In this document: positions 1-9,439 of the stretch, piece by piece
Position numbering within the stretch: the stretch's first letter is position 1
Layout: every line of letters starts with the position of its first letter
Assembly: GCF_013149785.1 (NCBI RefSeq)
Contig: NZ_JABEZU010000002.1
Location: forward strand, 682,001-746,000
Source of the DNA: Isoptericola halotolerans
GTDB taxonomy: Bacteria > Actinomycetota > Actinomycetes > Actinomycetales > Cellulomonadaceae
DNA length: 64,000 nucleotides
Direction of reading: 5' to 3'
Notes under the pieces: generated by a model
The model's input: only the letters and a program-made list of their open reading frames with translations
Databases searched by the model: none
What the model was told of the DNA's origin: nothing
Made by a program: the position numbers and the translations under genes

Positions 1-296
1 CCGACAAGGTGCTCGACCGCTACGGTCGGAACCCCTATGTCCTGGGCAACCATCTGCGGCCGCAGGTGGAGTTCCATGTCGACCGGGCGAAGGTGTTCTG
101 GTTCGAGGACGGCTTGGACCGCGCGATCACCGTCCTGAACCAGGACTACGACCTCGGCCTCCCCTCGGGGATCGGCCGGGCGCGCACCAGCGAGAAGGCC
201 AGCGGGGTCCCGAGCGGCGACGTCGAGGTGAGCCGACGGCTGGAGCGGCGCCTCAAGAAGTTCTACGCCAAGGACTACGAGACCTTCAGCTACTGA
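1..296 (+). CDS. Sulfotransferase family 2 protein, C-terminal part (truncated by window edge)
   Basis: Contains HLRPQ..F and the terminal FYAKDYETFSY, which resemble the HxxPQ and Y..D...F.Y motifs of the Sulfotransfer_2 family; adjacent to a full-length family member. Confidence 0.7.
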   Translation, partial: DKVLDRYGRNPYVLGNHLRPQVEFHVDRAKVFWFEDGLDRAITVLNQDYDLGLPSGIGRARTSEKASGVPSGDVEVSRRLERRLKKFYAKDYETFSY

Positions 297-302
297 CGCG
301 GC

Positions 303-341
303 CCCCCGGCCGGCCTCCCCGCGAGGGGGAGCCGGCCGGGG
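303..341. terminator. GC-rich hairpin between convergent genes
   Basis: ccccggccggc-ctcccc-gcga-ggggga-gccggccgggg inverted repeat between the stops at 296 and 361. Confidence 0.6.
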
Positions 342-360
342 ACGCGCACCGACAGCCCCG

Positions 361-1383
361 CTACCCGGGCAGCCAGCGTCGTGCGCGACGCTTGGCCCGC
401 CGCGCGGCGACGTGCCACAGCGGTTCGGACTCGAGGTCGGCGGCGCGTCGGCGCGCGTCGGCGAGCTGCCGTTCGGTGTCCCGGAGCAGTGCGGCGACCT
501 CCTTGCGCTCCTGGTTGAACTCTCGTGCACGGGTGCTCAGGGCCCCGATGCGCTCGTTCGCGGCCACCTGGGCACGGACGTTCGCCAGCGCGTCGTCGCT
601 CCAGGAGTCGACGAACCGGACCTGGTCGAGAGTCCAGCGGCCCGGGAAGGCCTCGAAGTCTGCGGCGTAGGCGTCCTCGACGGAGCGGCGCACCTCGTCG
701 TCGAACAGGTCTCGCACCGGGGGGAGCGGTGTCTCGTTCGCACGGGGGACGTAGAGCTCCTGGTCCCTGCCGAGCGCTGCCAGGTGCTGGTGCACGTCCG
801 CGAGCAGCTCGGGCATCGTGTGGACGTCGTACACGCGCGAGTAGGGAACGACGTCCAGCGCCAGGGCGGCGGACTGCGTACGGAAATGAGTGTCCGTCGA
901 CAGCAGGGGGTGGCTCCGCCAGGGCTGCTGGACGGCGAACTGCCTGAAGTCCTCGATCACCTCGCCGGCGCTGGTCGGTACCCGCGGGTAGAACGGCTCG
1001 TCCGCGTAGTCGCGCAGGTACTTGCCGTGCTGCACGAGGAACTTCGACTGCCACGCGGACCAGAGCCGGCTCCAGGGATCGCGCACGACCGCGAAGACGA
1101 ACCAGCCGTTGTCCGGGTGGACCGCGCTCAGGGCCTCGGCACCGAGCTCGCCGAGGGTCGGCGTCTTCTTCCACCGTTCCCGTCCACCGTGGATCGTCAT
1201 GAGCTGGGTCTGGGTCGCTCCGGTGCTCCGAGGGAAGCTCGCGAGGTCCTCGCCGGACAGGTCGGCGACCATCCAACGCAGGGAGGTGCAGGCGGCCTTG
1301 GTGACCGACAGGTAGGCGATCTTCCGGTCGGGGATGACGAAGGAGTTGGGGGGAGCGGTTCGTGTCGTGAGCGGGGAGGCCAT
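361..1383 (-). CDS. Sulfotransferase family 2 protein with C-terminal coiled coil
   Basis: 5'-PAPS-binding-like YLSVTKAACTSL, 3'-PB-like VRDPWSRLWSAW and HFRTQ motifs; ATG at 1383. Confidence 0.85.
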   Translation of the reverse strand: MASPLTTRTAPPNSFVIPDRKIAYLSVTKAACTSLRWMVADLSGEDLASFPRSTGATQTQLMTIHGGRERWKKTPTLGELGAEALSAVHPDNGWFVFAVVRDPWSRLWSAWQSKFLVQHGKYLRDYADEPFYPRVPTSAGEVIEDFRQFAVQQPWRSHPLLSTDTHFRTQSAALALDVVPYSRVYDVHTMPELLADVHQHLAALGRDQELYVPRANETPLPPVRDLFDDEVRRSVEDAYAADFEAFPGRWTLDQVRFVDSWSDDALANVRAQVAANERIGALSTRAREFNQERKEVAALLRDTERQLADARRRAADLESEPLWHVAARRAKRRARRWLPG

Positions 1384-1558
1384 CAATCCGGTCCGGGGTC
1401 GTCGAGTACGGGGGATCGGATCATATCGTCGGCGGGGCGCGGACGGCTCCGACGGTCACGCCGGCGGCGCAAGGGCGCCACGAGCCGACCCCGTACCCTT
1501 CTCCTGGGACAGATCGTCCTGATCCCGCCAGTCGGGACCATCGACAAGGAGTTCCTCT

Positions 1559-3196
1559 ATGACGAGTGCCCTGGTGATCGGCGACCTGGGGTTCACTTCG
1601 ATGTACCACCTGGGCGACGAGGCGATGTCGGAGGCGGCGGCCGAGGTGCTGACCGGGGTCGGCATCGACGTCACCCTGATCGCCGGCCAGCCTGCCGCGG
1701 CGACCGAGCGCTACGACCTGCCGGCGGTCGCACGCCCGGGTTTCCGCAAGGTCATGTCCCGGCAGCAGAAGGACGCGCTGCTCGAGGAGATCACCGACGC
1801 GCTCGCGTCCTCGCGCCCGCTTCCGGGCCCCGCCGCAAAGGTGTTCCAGGCGGTCGAGGCCGCGGACGTCATGGTCATCGGCGGCGGTGGAAACCTCAAC
1901 TCCCAGGGGACGCACCACCTGTACGACCGGGTGGCCCTGGCGCGGATGGCCGGCGCCACCGGTACGCCCTTGGTCGTGAGCAGCCAGACCGTCGGCCCGG
2001 CGCTCACCGACCGTGACCGCGAGCTCGTCACCGAGCTGGGCAGGTCCGCGGTCGCCTTCGGCGTCCGTGAGGCCACGACCTACCAGCTCATGCAGGAGCT
2101 CGTCGGGGCGGACGGACAGGTCGTGCTCACGATGGACGACGCGGCCCTGCTGTCGCCTGCCCCGTCCGTCGAGGCCGCAGGGCCCGCCGTGCTCGCCCGC
2201 AAGGGCCGCTACATCATCGCGAGCTTCACGTCGCACACGGGAACGTCCGGCATGAACCAGGAGACCTACGTCTCCGAGCTGACGCGCCTCCTGGACGAGC
2301 TCGTCGCCGAGCACGACCTGGACGTCTATCTCGTCGCGCACATGGGCTCGTTCGTCGAGCCCGCTCGCAACGACCAGCTGCTGAACACGGCCATCGAGGC
2401 AGCGTCCACCAGCGGTCGTGTGCACGCCCTGCCGATGATCGACGCCCGGACCACCCTGGCCCTCACGCAGGGTGCCGAGTTCACCCTGTCGACCCGGTAC
2501 CACCCGGTCGTCTTCGGGCCGGCGCTCGGGGTTCCCTCGTTCGGGCTCGTGCTCAGCCACTACTCGTCGGTCCGGATGCGCGGTGCGCTCGGCAACGTGG
2601 GGCTGACGGATCTTGCTCTCCCGCTCGACTACTGGCTGTCGGGCGGGCTGCAGCGCTCCGTCCGTGCCGTGATCGAGAATCGAGCGTCCTTCGACGAGCA
2701 CGTGGCGCACGCGTCGTCCGTGCGGCGGGCGGAGCAGCTGGCCTGGTGGGCCGCTGTCGAGGGGTTGGCCAGGACCGGCCGCTGGACGCCACCTGCCGCA
2801 CGAGCAGAGCTGCCTGAGTGGGCGGTGCCGGGCGTCTCCGGGTGGGAGTTCGACACCCTGACGTCGACCTCGGACACCCTGGCCCTCCAGCGGCGGGAGG
2901 TCGCGGACCTGGCGAGGCAGCTGAGCGAGACCCTCGAGCAGAACTCCCGGCTCGAGGAGCAGAACGCCAAGTTCAAGGGCCGGATCGAGCGACTGACGGG
3001 GAAGCTCGATCGTTCGCGCACGCAGCTCGACCGCGTGCGCCACGAGAAGGTGGCGGCCGTCAAGCAGATCCGCGTCCTGCGCGACGAGCGAGACCAGGCC
3101 CTGCGGATGGCTCTGCCGCACGCGCTCAAGCGCGACATCCGGCGGGCGCCGCGGGCGGTCGCACGGCGCCTGCGGCGCCTCGTCCCCTCCCGCTGA
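1559..3196 (+). CDS. Polysaccharide pyruvyl transferase family protein with C-terminal coiled coil
   Basis: HLGDEAM, IGGGGNL, SQTVGP, GVRE and STRYHP motifs; RBS AAGGAG upstream. Confidence 0.88.
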   Translation: MTSALVIGDLGFTSMYHLGDEAMSEAAAEVLTGVGIDVTLIAGQPAAATERYDLPAVARPGFRKVMSRQQKDALLEEITDALASSRPLPGPAAKVFQAVEAADVMVIGGGGNLNSQGTHHLYDRVALARMAGATGTPLVVSSQTVGPALTDRDRELVTELGRSAVAFGVREATTYQLMQELVGADGQVVLTMDDAALLSPAPSVEAAGPAVLARKGRYIIASFTSHTGTSGMNQETYVSELTRLLDELVAEHDLDVYLVAHMGSFVEPARNDQLLNTAIEAASTSGRVHALPMIDARTTLALTQGAEFTLSTRYHPVVFGPALGVPSFGLVLSHYSSVRMRGALGNVGLTDLALPLDYWLSGGLQRSVRAVIENRASFDEHVAHASSVRRAEQLAWWAAVEGLARTGRWTPPAARAELPEWAVPGVSGWEFDTLTSTSDTLALQRREVADLARQLSETLEQNSRLEEQNAKFKGRIERLTGKLDRSRTQLDRVRHEKVAAVKQIRVLRDERDQALRMALPHALKRDIRRAPRAVARRLRRLVPSR

Positions 3197-3238
3197 GCCG
3201 AGGGCCCGGCCGTACGGCACGGGCGAGACGCAGGGACG

Positions 3239-3291
3239 AGCAAGGCCTCGGGGCCCGAGCGACGACGTCGCTCGGGCCCCGAGGCCTTGCT
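3239..3291. terminator. Near-perfect 53-bp palindrome, probable bidirectional terminator
   Basis: 26-bp arms agcaaggcctcggggcccgagcgacg / cgtcgctcgggccccgaggccttgct between convergent genes. Confidence 0.75.
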
Positions 3292-3334
3292 GGGTCCGTG
3301 GCCGCCACCAGCCGTCGGGCTGGTGGCCCCCTGC

Positions 3335-5989
3335 CTACGAGCTGCTCGTCATCGCGTCGACCGGCGCCGCGACGGGCGAGCCCTGACCGGTCCAGCTGAT
3401 CGCCGCGAGGAACTCGTCGAGAGCCTCGAGGTTGTACTCGCCGACGTCGAAGGGCTTGTGGGGGATGCCCTGCTCCAGGAACCGGAGCATCCCGCCTGCC
3501 AGGGCATCGGTGTCCCGGGCGACGACGAGTCCCTCGTCGTCCTGGAGGGCCCCGGCGGCCGACCCGAAGCTGGTGGTGATGACGGGTACGCCCAGGGTGC
3601 GTGCCTCGAGGATCACCATGGGTTGTCCTTCGTAGTCGCTCGAGAGCACGAAGCAGTCGGACGCTGCCAGTGCGGCGTACGGGTTCGACTGGAAGCCTGT
3701 CAGGTGGACGTTGCCGGCGAGCCCGTGCAGACCGACGAGTGCTCGGAGCTCGCCTTCGAGCGGCCCGGTCCCCAGGATGGCGAGCTGTGCGTCGGGATGC
3801 TCGACGACGACCTGTGCGAAGGCGTTGATGAGTCGTGCGTGGTTCTTCTCCGGGGAGAGCCTGCCCATCGTGATGAACCGCGGCCCCGTGCCCTCGAACG
3901 CGCGGGACACGCTCTCGCGTCGTGCGGTCAGCTCCTGGATCCGCTCGGGGCCGTAGAGGTCCTCGAGGAGGCTGAGGTCCGTCGCCAGATCCTTCCCGAA
4001 CTCCTCGCCGGGGCGGAGCGCCCGGTCCGGGCCGAGGTCGGCCTCGCGGCCTGACAGCCGGAGCACGCGCTCGCCGTCGAGGAGGTTGCGCGCGTGCGTG
4101 AACTGCTCGGGGCGAGCGTGGTCCGCGAGCTTCTCCCGGTTGATCGCCGCGAGCGTGCTGGACACCGACACGATGCTGTCGAAGTACCGGTACGTCGAGA
4201 AGACGGCACGCAGACCCTGTTCCAGGGGTCGCTTGCCGTCGACCTCGCGCTGCGAGTCGGCTACTACGTCGTTGTGGAGCCAGATGGACTTCCGTCCGGA
4301 CGGCGCCGCCAGCAGGATGTTGGGCCACATCGGGCCGTAGCCGCTGAAGTCGATGACGTGGTCGAACTCGGCCTCGCCGAAGCACCGGTGCCACTCGTCG
4401 CGGAAGTAGGGGCGGATCTGTTCGGGGTTCACCTCGTGGTGCGACTCGTGGAGACCGTTGAAGAGCGACCGCCGAGCCGCGCGGTGGCGCTTCGAGCCGT
4501 TGTAGCCGCCGACGCGCGGGAAGACCCGCACGGACTCGGGGAGCAGCTTCTCGTTCTTGCGCTCGTCGGCGCTCCCCGGCGGTCCGTAGAAGGCCGAGAC
4601 GTCGTACTTGGTCGGGTCGAGCGCGGAGAGCATGCTGAGCATCGACGTGGTGATGCCGTTCGATCGCAACCCGCCCACGTAGACGAGGAGCGACGTACGG
4701 CCGTCGTCGTCGAGGCCGTCGTGCACGGTGCCGCTCGCGCGCCCGCCGAACACGTTCTCGATCACCCGCTGCGTGGCCCCGCCGTCCTCGTGCGGTACGT
4801 ACTGCTCCACGAAGCGGTCGTAGGCCGCGGCCCGCTGGGGGTCGAGGCCGTCCAGGCCCGACTCGACGAGCTCGCGCACCGCTGCTGCGAGCTCGGCGAG
4901 GCTGGAGGCCACCGGGCCCGGCAGGTCCTGGGGAGCTTCGTAGAGCCCACGGGTGGAGTCGTACTCCTGCCCGTCAGGCATGTAGAACGCCAGGGGCGTG
5001 CGGGTCGGCAGGGCGTCGAAGAAGATGCTCGAGTAGTCGGTGACGAGGGTGTCGGTCGCCGCGAGGACCTCGTTCGTCGGGATGTCGTTCGGCACGATCA
5101 CGCCGCGCCCGAGCCCGCTGCGCACGGCGGCCTGGTAGGCCACCTGGTGGGTCTTGAGCAGGACGAGGTGGTCGGTGCCGACCTCTCTCTGCAGGGTCGC
5201 GACGGTCTCCAGCAGCTGCGTGGTCTCGTCGCTGGGCCGGTAGAACGAACCGCGCCACGTCGGCGCGTAGAGGATGACCCTGCGGTCGCCGACCTGGACT
5301 CCGGCCTTCTCGAGCGTGCGCCGCGCCCGTGCGCGTGCTTCGTCCTCCAGCTGGACGTCGATGCGCGGCAGGCCCGACTCGAGGATCGATCCACGGTAGA
5401 TCCCACGGAGCTTGTACCCGGTGAGATACATCTGCTCGGTCATGAAAGGGCTCGACGACACGAGGTAGTCCGCCATGACGAAGTTGCGCAGCACGTTGCG
5501 CGAGCTGCTTCCCCCGCCCGGCATGTCGTACCCCATCTTCTTCAGAGGGGTGCCGTGCCAGGTGTTGAGGTAGATCTGGCCGCTTCGCTTGCTGAACTGG
5601 TTCGGGAAGGTCGCATTGTTCACGAGGTACTGCGACGTGGCCAGGGCCCGGTAGTAGGCGCGGGACTCCTTGCGAACGAACTGGACATTCTTCGGCCAGC
5701 TCGACCGCGCTGCGCGGATGGCCTCGTCGGAGTCGAGGACCCAGATATGCTTGAGTCGTCGGTAGGCGGGATCCGCGAGCAGCGCCTCGAAGATCGCCCG
5801 GGGGTTGCACAGCATGCCGTTGCCGGCGAACGACTCGTAGACCACCGTGTCCGGCACGATCGGTCGCTCACGCCAGTAGGCGTGTGACTCGAAGTCGAGT
5901 GCGCGGCCATACCGCCGGACCAGGCTCTTGATCGCGGGCTTGCCTGCCATCCAGGTTGCTCCAAGTTCGTTCTGTACGTCAGTGTGCAC
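3335..5989 (-). CDS. CDP-glycerol glycerophosphotransferase (TagF-like) fused to a GT4 glycosyltransferase
   Basis: NTWHGTPLKKMG, GLPRID, ILYAPTWRG and TDYSSIFFD motifs, then GRLSPEKN and SDYEGQPMVILEA (GT4); start uncertain. Confidence 0.92.
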   Translation of the reverse strand: MHTDVQNELGATWMAGKPAIKSLVRRYGRALDFESHAYWRERPIVPDTVVYESFAGNGMLCNPRAIFEALLADPAYRRLKHIWVLDSDEAIRAARSSWPKNVQFVRKESRAYYRALATSQYLVNNATFPNQFSKRSGQIYLNTWHGTPLKKMGYDMPGGGSSSRNVLRNFVMADYLVSSSPFMTEQMYLTGYKLRGIYRGSILESGLPRIDVQLEDEARARARRTLEKAGVQVGDRRVILYAPTWRGSFYRPSDETTQLLETVATLQREVGTDHLVLLKTHQVAYQAAVRSGLGRGVIVPNDIPTNEVLAATDTLVTDYSSIFFDALPTRTPLAFYMPDGQEYDSTRGLYEAPQDLPGPVASSLAELAAAVRELVESGLDGLDPQRAAAYDRFVEQYVPHEDGGATQRVIENVFGGRASGTVHDGLDDDGRTSLLVYVGGLRSNGITTSMLSMLSALDPTKYDVSAFYGPPGSADERKNEKLLPESVRVFPRVGGYNGSKRHRAARRSLFNGLHESHHEVNPEQIRPYFRDEWHRCFGEAEFDHVIDFSGYGPMWPNILLAAPSGRKSIWLHNDVVADSQREVDGKRPLEQGLRAVFSTYRYFDSIVSVSSTLAAINREKLADHARPEQFTHARNLLDGERVLRLSGREADLGPDRALRPGEEFGKDLATDLSLLEDLYGPERIQELTARRESVSRAFEGTGPRFITMGRLSPEKNHARLINAFAQVVVEHPDAQLAILGTGPLEGELRALVGLHGLAGNVHLTGFQSNPYAALAASDCFVLSSDYEGQPMVILEARTLGVPVITTSFGSAAGALQDDEGLVVARDTDALAGGMLRFLEQGIPHKPFDVGEYNLEALDEFLAAISWTGQGSPVAAPVDAMTSSS

Positions 5990-6161
5990 CGTGGCCGGAG
6001 TCTGTTCGGCGCAGGAGCGACGAGTCTAGCCGCTGCGTGAACTTTCGATGAACCCTGCCCGAGCCTTGTCCGTCGGGGCGATGTCTCGGCTGACCGGCCG
6101 GTGACTAGACTGCTCCGAAGTGTCTGGCGCTCGCCAGGCCGGAGGCAGAAGCGAGGTGCTC

Positions 6162-7424
6162 ATGGCCGGTGCGACGCGCGTCGCTGGGCTGCGCCGTTCC
6201 GTCCGTTCGTCCGGCGGCAAGCTGATCCGCCGCCTGGGTCTGCTGCCGGGCGGGGTGCCCGACGGGCTTGGTGAGGATGCCGTGCTGCAGGGCACCACGC
6301 TGTCGGCGCGTGCCGTCGTCTTCTTCGGGGACCCGCCGGAGAGCATGTACCAGCTCCGGCAGTGGTACACGGCCCTGGAGGCGTTGGACCGACGGGTCCC
6401 GCTCGTGGTGATCACGGGCGACTCGCGCACGGCACGGCTCGTTCGCGCGGAGACGCCGCTGCGTGTCGTGACGGTCGCTCAGCATGCGACGCTCGACGAG
6501 ATCCTGACCGACAGCGACGTCCGCCTGGCCCTCTACGTCAACCACAGCCCGCAGAACTTCACGATGCTGAGCTTCGGCGGGCTCGTCCACGTCTCGCTGC
6601 TCCACGGCGACTCGGACAAGACGGTCTCGGTCTCGAACCAGCACAAGGCCTACGACCTCGTGTTCGTCGCCGGCAAGGCGGCCGTCGATCGGTTCGCGCG
6701 CAACCTGCCGTACTTCGACGCCGAGTCGAGGTGCATCCCGGTCGGACGGCCCCAGCTCGATCTTCTCGGGCCGGACCCGGTGAGCCGGGAGCGTTCCGAG
6801 AGGTCCGAGCGGTCGACCATCCTGTACGCGCCGACCTGGGAGGGTGCCAACCCGTCGGTGGCCTACGGGTCGGTCGACGTGCTGGGGCCGGAGCTTGCCC
6901 GTGCCGTCGTCGCCGATCCCGGCCTGCGGCTGCTCTACCGACCGCATCCGTTGACGGGGGTGCGTTCCCAGCCGTACGCCGACGCCGACGCCGAGGTGCG
7001 GGAGGTCGTCTCGACCGCTGCGGCTGCCGACCCCGGTGCGGGACACGCGGTGCGGACCGCCGGTGAGCTGGCTGCCACGTTCGCCGAGGCGGACGTCCTC
7101 GTCTGCGACATCTCGGCCGCTGCGACCGAGTGGCTGCCGACGCTGCGGCCGCTGATCGTCACCGACGTCGCCGCTCCGTGGGCGACGGTCGCGGCGACGC
7201 CGCTGCTCCGCGTGGCGCGGAGACTGCGGGTCGACGACGTCAACGGTGCCGCCGAGCTGTTGCGCACGGAGGCGGCGGAGGATCCGTCACGTGAGCAGCG
7301 CCGCCGGCTCGTCGAGTACTACCTCGGAGACGTCGCCCCGGGTGCGTCGCTGGAGCGGTTCGTGTCGGCGTGCGAGTCCGCCATCGAGCGTCACGAGGCG
7401 GAGCTGGAGCGGCTAGGGCGCTGA
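6162..7424 (+). CDS. CDP-glycerol glycerophosphotransferase family protein (TagB/F-like)
   Basis: HGDSDK, GRPQLD, ILYAPTWEG, RPHP and CDISA motifs. Confidence 0.88.
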   Translation: MAGATRVAGLRRSVRSSGGKLIRRLGLLPGGVPDGLGEDAVLQGTTLSARAVVFFGDPPESMYQLRQWYTALEALDRRVPLVVITGDSRTARLVRAETPLRVVTVAQHATLDEILTDSDVRLALYVNHSPQNFTMLSFGGLVHVSLLHGDSDKTVSVSNQHKAYDLVFVAGKAAVDRFARNLPYFDAESRCIPVGRPQLDLLGPDPVSRERSERSERSTILYAPTWEGANPSVAYGSVDVLGPELARAVVADPGLRLLYRPHPLTGVRSQPYADADAEVREVVSTAAAADPGAGHAVRTAGELAATFAEADVLVCDISAAATEWLPTLRPLIVTDVAAPWATVAATPLLRVARRLRVDDVNGAAELLRTEAAEDPSREQRRRLVEYYLGDVAPGASLERFVSACESAIERHEAELERLGR

Positions 7425-7438
7425 CAGCAGCAGGTCGC

Positions 7439-7467
7439 TTGCGGATGAGAATCGTTCTCCGTAAGGT
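7439..7467 (+). promoter_or_regulatory. SigA-type promoter with a Zur/Fur-family operator in the spacer
   Basis: TTGCGG (7439-44), 17-bp spacer, TAAGGT (7462-67); the spacer contains TGAGAATCGTTCTCC with the dyad GAGAA-n3-TTCTC. Confidence 0.65.
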
Positions 7468-7475
7468 TCCGTCGC

Positions 7476-8606
7476 GTGCCCATCTCATCGACCTCGCGCG
7501 CCTCGACCACGGCGGAGGCGGGATCGGCGTCGAACCCACGGCTCAGCGCTCGCCGTCGACTGGCGCGCCGGACGTGGTGGACCTGCGTGGCCCTGGTGCT
7601 GTGCCTCCTCCTGCTCGTCGTGGTCTCGGGCGCCGTCGGTGCGGTGGACGTCGACCCGACCCAGGCCGCCCAGATCGTCCTCGGGCACCTGGTCCCGGGG
7701 ATGCCGTGGATGTCGGACGGCTCGCTCACCCCGCTGCAGGACCAGGCGGTCTGGCAGTTCCGGCTGCCGCGCGCCCTGCTCGCCGGGCTGGCCGGGGCGG
7801 GGCTGGCGCTGGCCGGCGCCCTGATGCAGGTCACGGTCCGCAACCCGCTGGCTGAGCCCTACATCCTGGGAGTGTCCTCCGGCGCGAGCGTGGGAGCTGT
7901 GCTCGTGATCGTCTTCGGTTCCGCGGCCCTGGGCGGTCTGTCGTTGAACCTTGCGGCCTTCGCCGGCGCCCTGGGGGCGTGCCTGTGCGTGGCTGCGCTC
8001 GCCCGCAAGGACGGGGCGCTGTCGCCGACACGGATGATCCTGGCCGGGGTCGCCCTGGGAACCCTGTTCAGCGCGGTCACGAGCTACCTGACGATCACCA
8101 CCAGCGCGCAGAACGTGGTCAGCGTGCTGTTCTTCCTGCTCGGCAGCGTGTCCGCGGCCACGATGTCGAGCCTGATCGGCCCGGCGCTCGCCCTCGGTGC
8201 CGCCGTCGTCGTCTCCGGCCTGCTGGCACGTTCCCTCAACGCCCTGATGACCGGCGACGAGTCCGCCGTCTCGCTCGGCGTCGACGCCACCCGGCTGCGC
8301 GGCCTGCTGCTCGTGGTCGCCTCGCTGCTCACCGGCACGGTGGTGTCCGTCGCGGGCGGGATCGGGTTCGTCGGCCTCGTCATCCCGCACATCGCCCGCA
8401 TCGTCGTCGGTGCGGACCACCGGCGGATGCTGCCCGTCACCGTGCTCGGCGGGGCGGTGTTCCTCATGGGGGCGGACCTTCTCGCCCGTACCGTGGCCGC
8501 CCCCACCGAGATCCCCCTGGGCATCCTCACGGCGTTCGTCGGGGCGCCCTTCTTCCTCTGGCTGATGCGTCGCGGCGGCGCGGAACGAGCGGGGTTCGGA
8601 CGATGA
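7476..8606 (+). CDS. FecCD/BtuC-family ABC permease
   Basis: RLPRALLA, RNPLAEPYILGVSSGA, IGFVGLVIPHIAR and EIPLGILTAFVGAPFF motifs. Confidence 0.95.
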   Translation: MPISSTSRASTTAEAGSASNPRLSARRRLARRTWWTCVALVLCLLLLVVVSGAVGAVDVDPTQAAQIVLGHLVPGMPWMSDGSLTPLQDQAVWQFRLPRALLAGLAGAGLALAGALMQVTVRNPLAEPYILGVSSGASVGAVLVIVFGSAALGGLSLNLAAFAGALGACLCVAALARKDGALSPTRMILAGVALGTLFSAVTSYLTITTSAQNVVSVLFFLLGSVSAATMSSLIGPALALGAAVVVSGLLARSLNALMTGDESAVSLGVDATRLRGLLLVVASLLTGTVVSVAGGIGFVGLVIPHIARIVVGADHRRMLPVTVLGGAVFLMGADLLARTVAAPTEIPLGILTAFVGAPFFLWLMRRGGAERAGFGR

Positions 8607-9439
8607 GGGTCGAGCTCGACGACATCACGGTGACCCTCGGCGGTCGCGACGTGGTGCAGCATGCCTCGCTGGTCGCCGAGCCGGGCGCGGTGGTCGGCCT
8701 CGTCGGGCCGAACGGCAGCGGCAAGTCGTCATTGCTGCGCACGGTCTACCGTGCCGTGCGGCCACGGCTCGGCACGTGCCGGATCGACGGACGCGACGTC
8801 CAGAGGCTCCGCGGCCGGCAGGCGGCCCGGGCCGTGGCGGTCATGCTCCAGGACCCGCCCACGGACTTCGACCTCAGCGTCGAGGAGACGGTCATGCTCG
8901 GCCGGGTGCCGCACCACGCCTCCTTCGGCCGCGACACCGCCGAGGACGTCGAGGTGGTGGCCGACGCGATGCGTCGCGCCGAGATCACCGACCTCGCCGA
9001 CCGCATGGTCGCGACGCTGTCCGGCGGGCAGCGGCAGCGCGTCATGCTCGCCCGCGCCCTCGCGCAGCAGAGCGATGTCATGGTGCTGGACGAACCGAGC
9101 AACCACCTGGACATCAGCCACCAGCACGAGCTGCTGAGCACGGTGCGCAGCCTCGGGCGCACCGTGATCGCCGCCCTGCACGACCTCAACCTCGCCACGC
9201 AGTACTGCGACCACGTCGTCGTGCTCGACGCCGGACGCGTGATCGCTGCCGGCCCGCCGCAGCAGGTCCTCACCCCCGAGCTCATCCGCTCGACGTTCCG
9301 GGTCGACGTGCGCGTGCTCGGCGGGCACGACCCCGTCTTCGGCTTCCGCCGGCTCGAGCCTGCTACCGAACGAGCCGCAGAACGAGCCCCTGAGCCCTCC
9401 TCCCACGATCTCCGGACAGAAAGCAGCATCCCCACATGA
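8603..9439 (+). CDS. ABC ATP-binding protein (FecE/FepC-like)
   Basis: GPNGSGKS, LSGGQRQR, LDEPSNHLD and LHDLNLA motifs; ATGA overlap with the permease. Confidence 0.95.
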   Translation: MRVELDDITVTLGGRDVVQHASLVAEPGAVVGLVGPNGSGKSSLLRTVYRAVRPRLGTCRIDGRDVQRLRGRQAARAVAVMLQDPPTDFDLSVEETVMLGRVPHHASFGRDTAEDVEVVADAMRRAEITDLADRMVATLSGGQRQRVMLARALAQQSDVMVLDEPSNHLDISHQHELLSTVRSLGRTVIAALHDLNLATQYCDHVVVLDAGRVIAAGPPQQVLTPELIRSTFRVDVRVLGGHDPVFGFRRLEPATERAAERAPEPSSHDLRTESSIPT

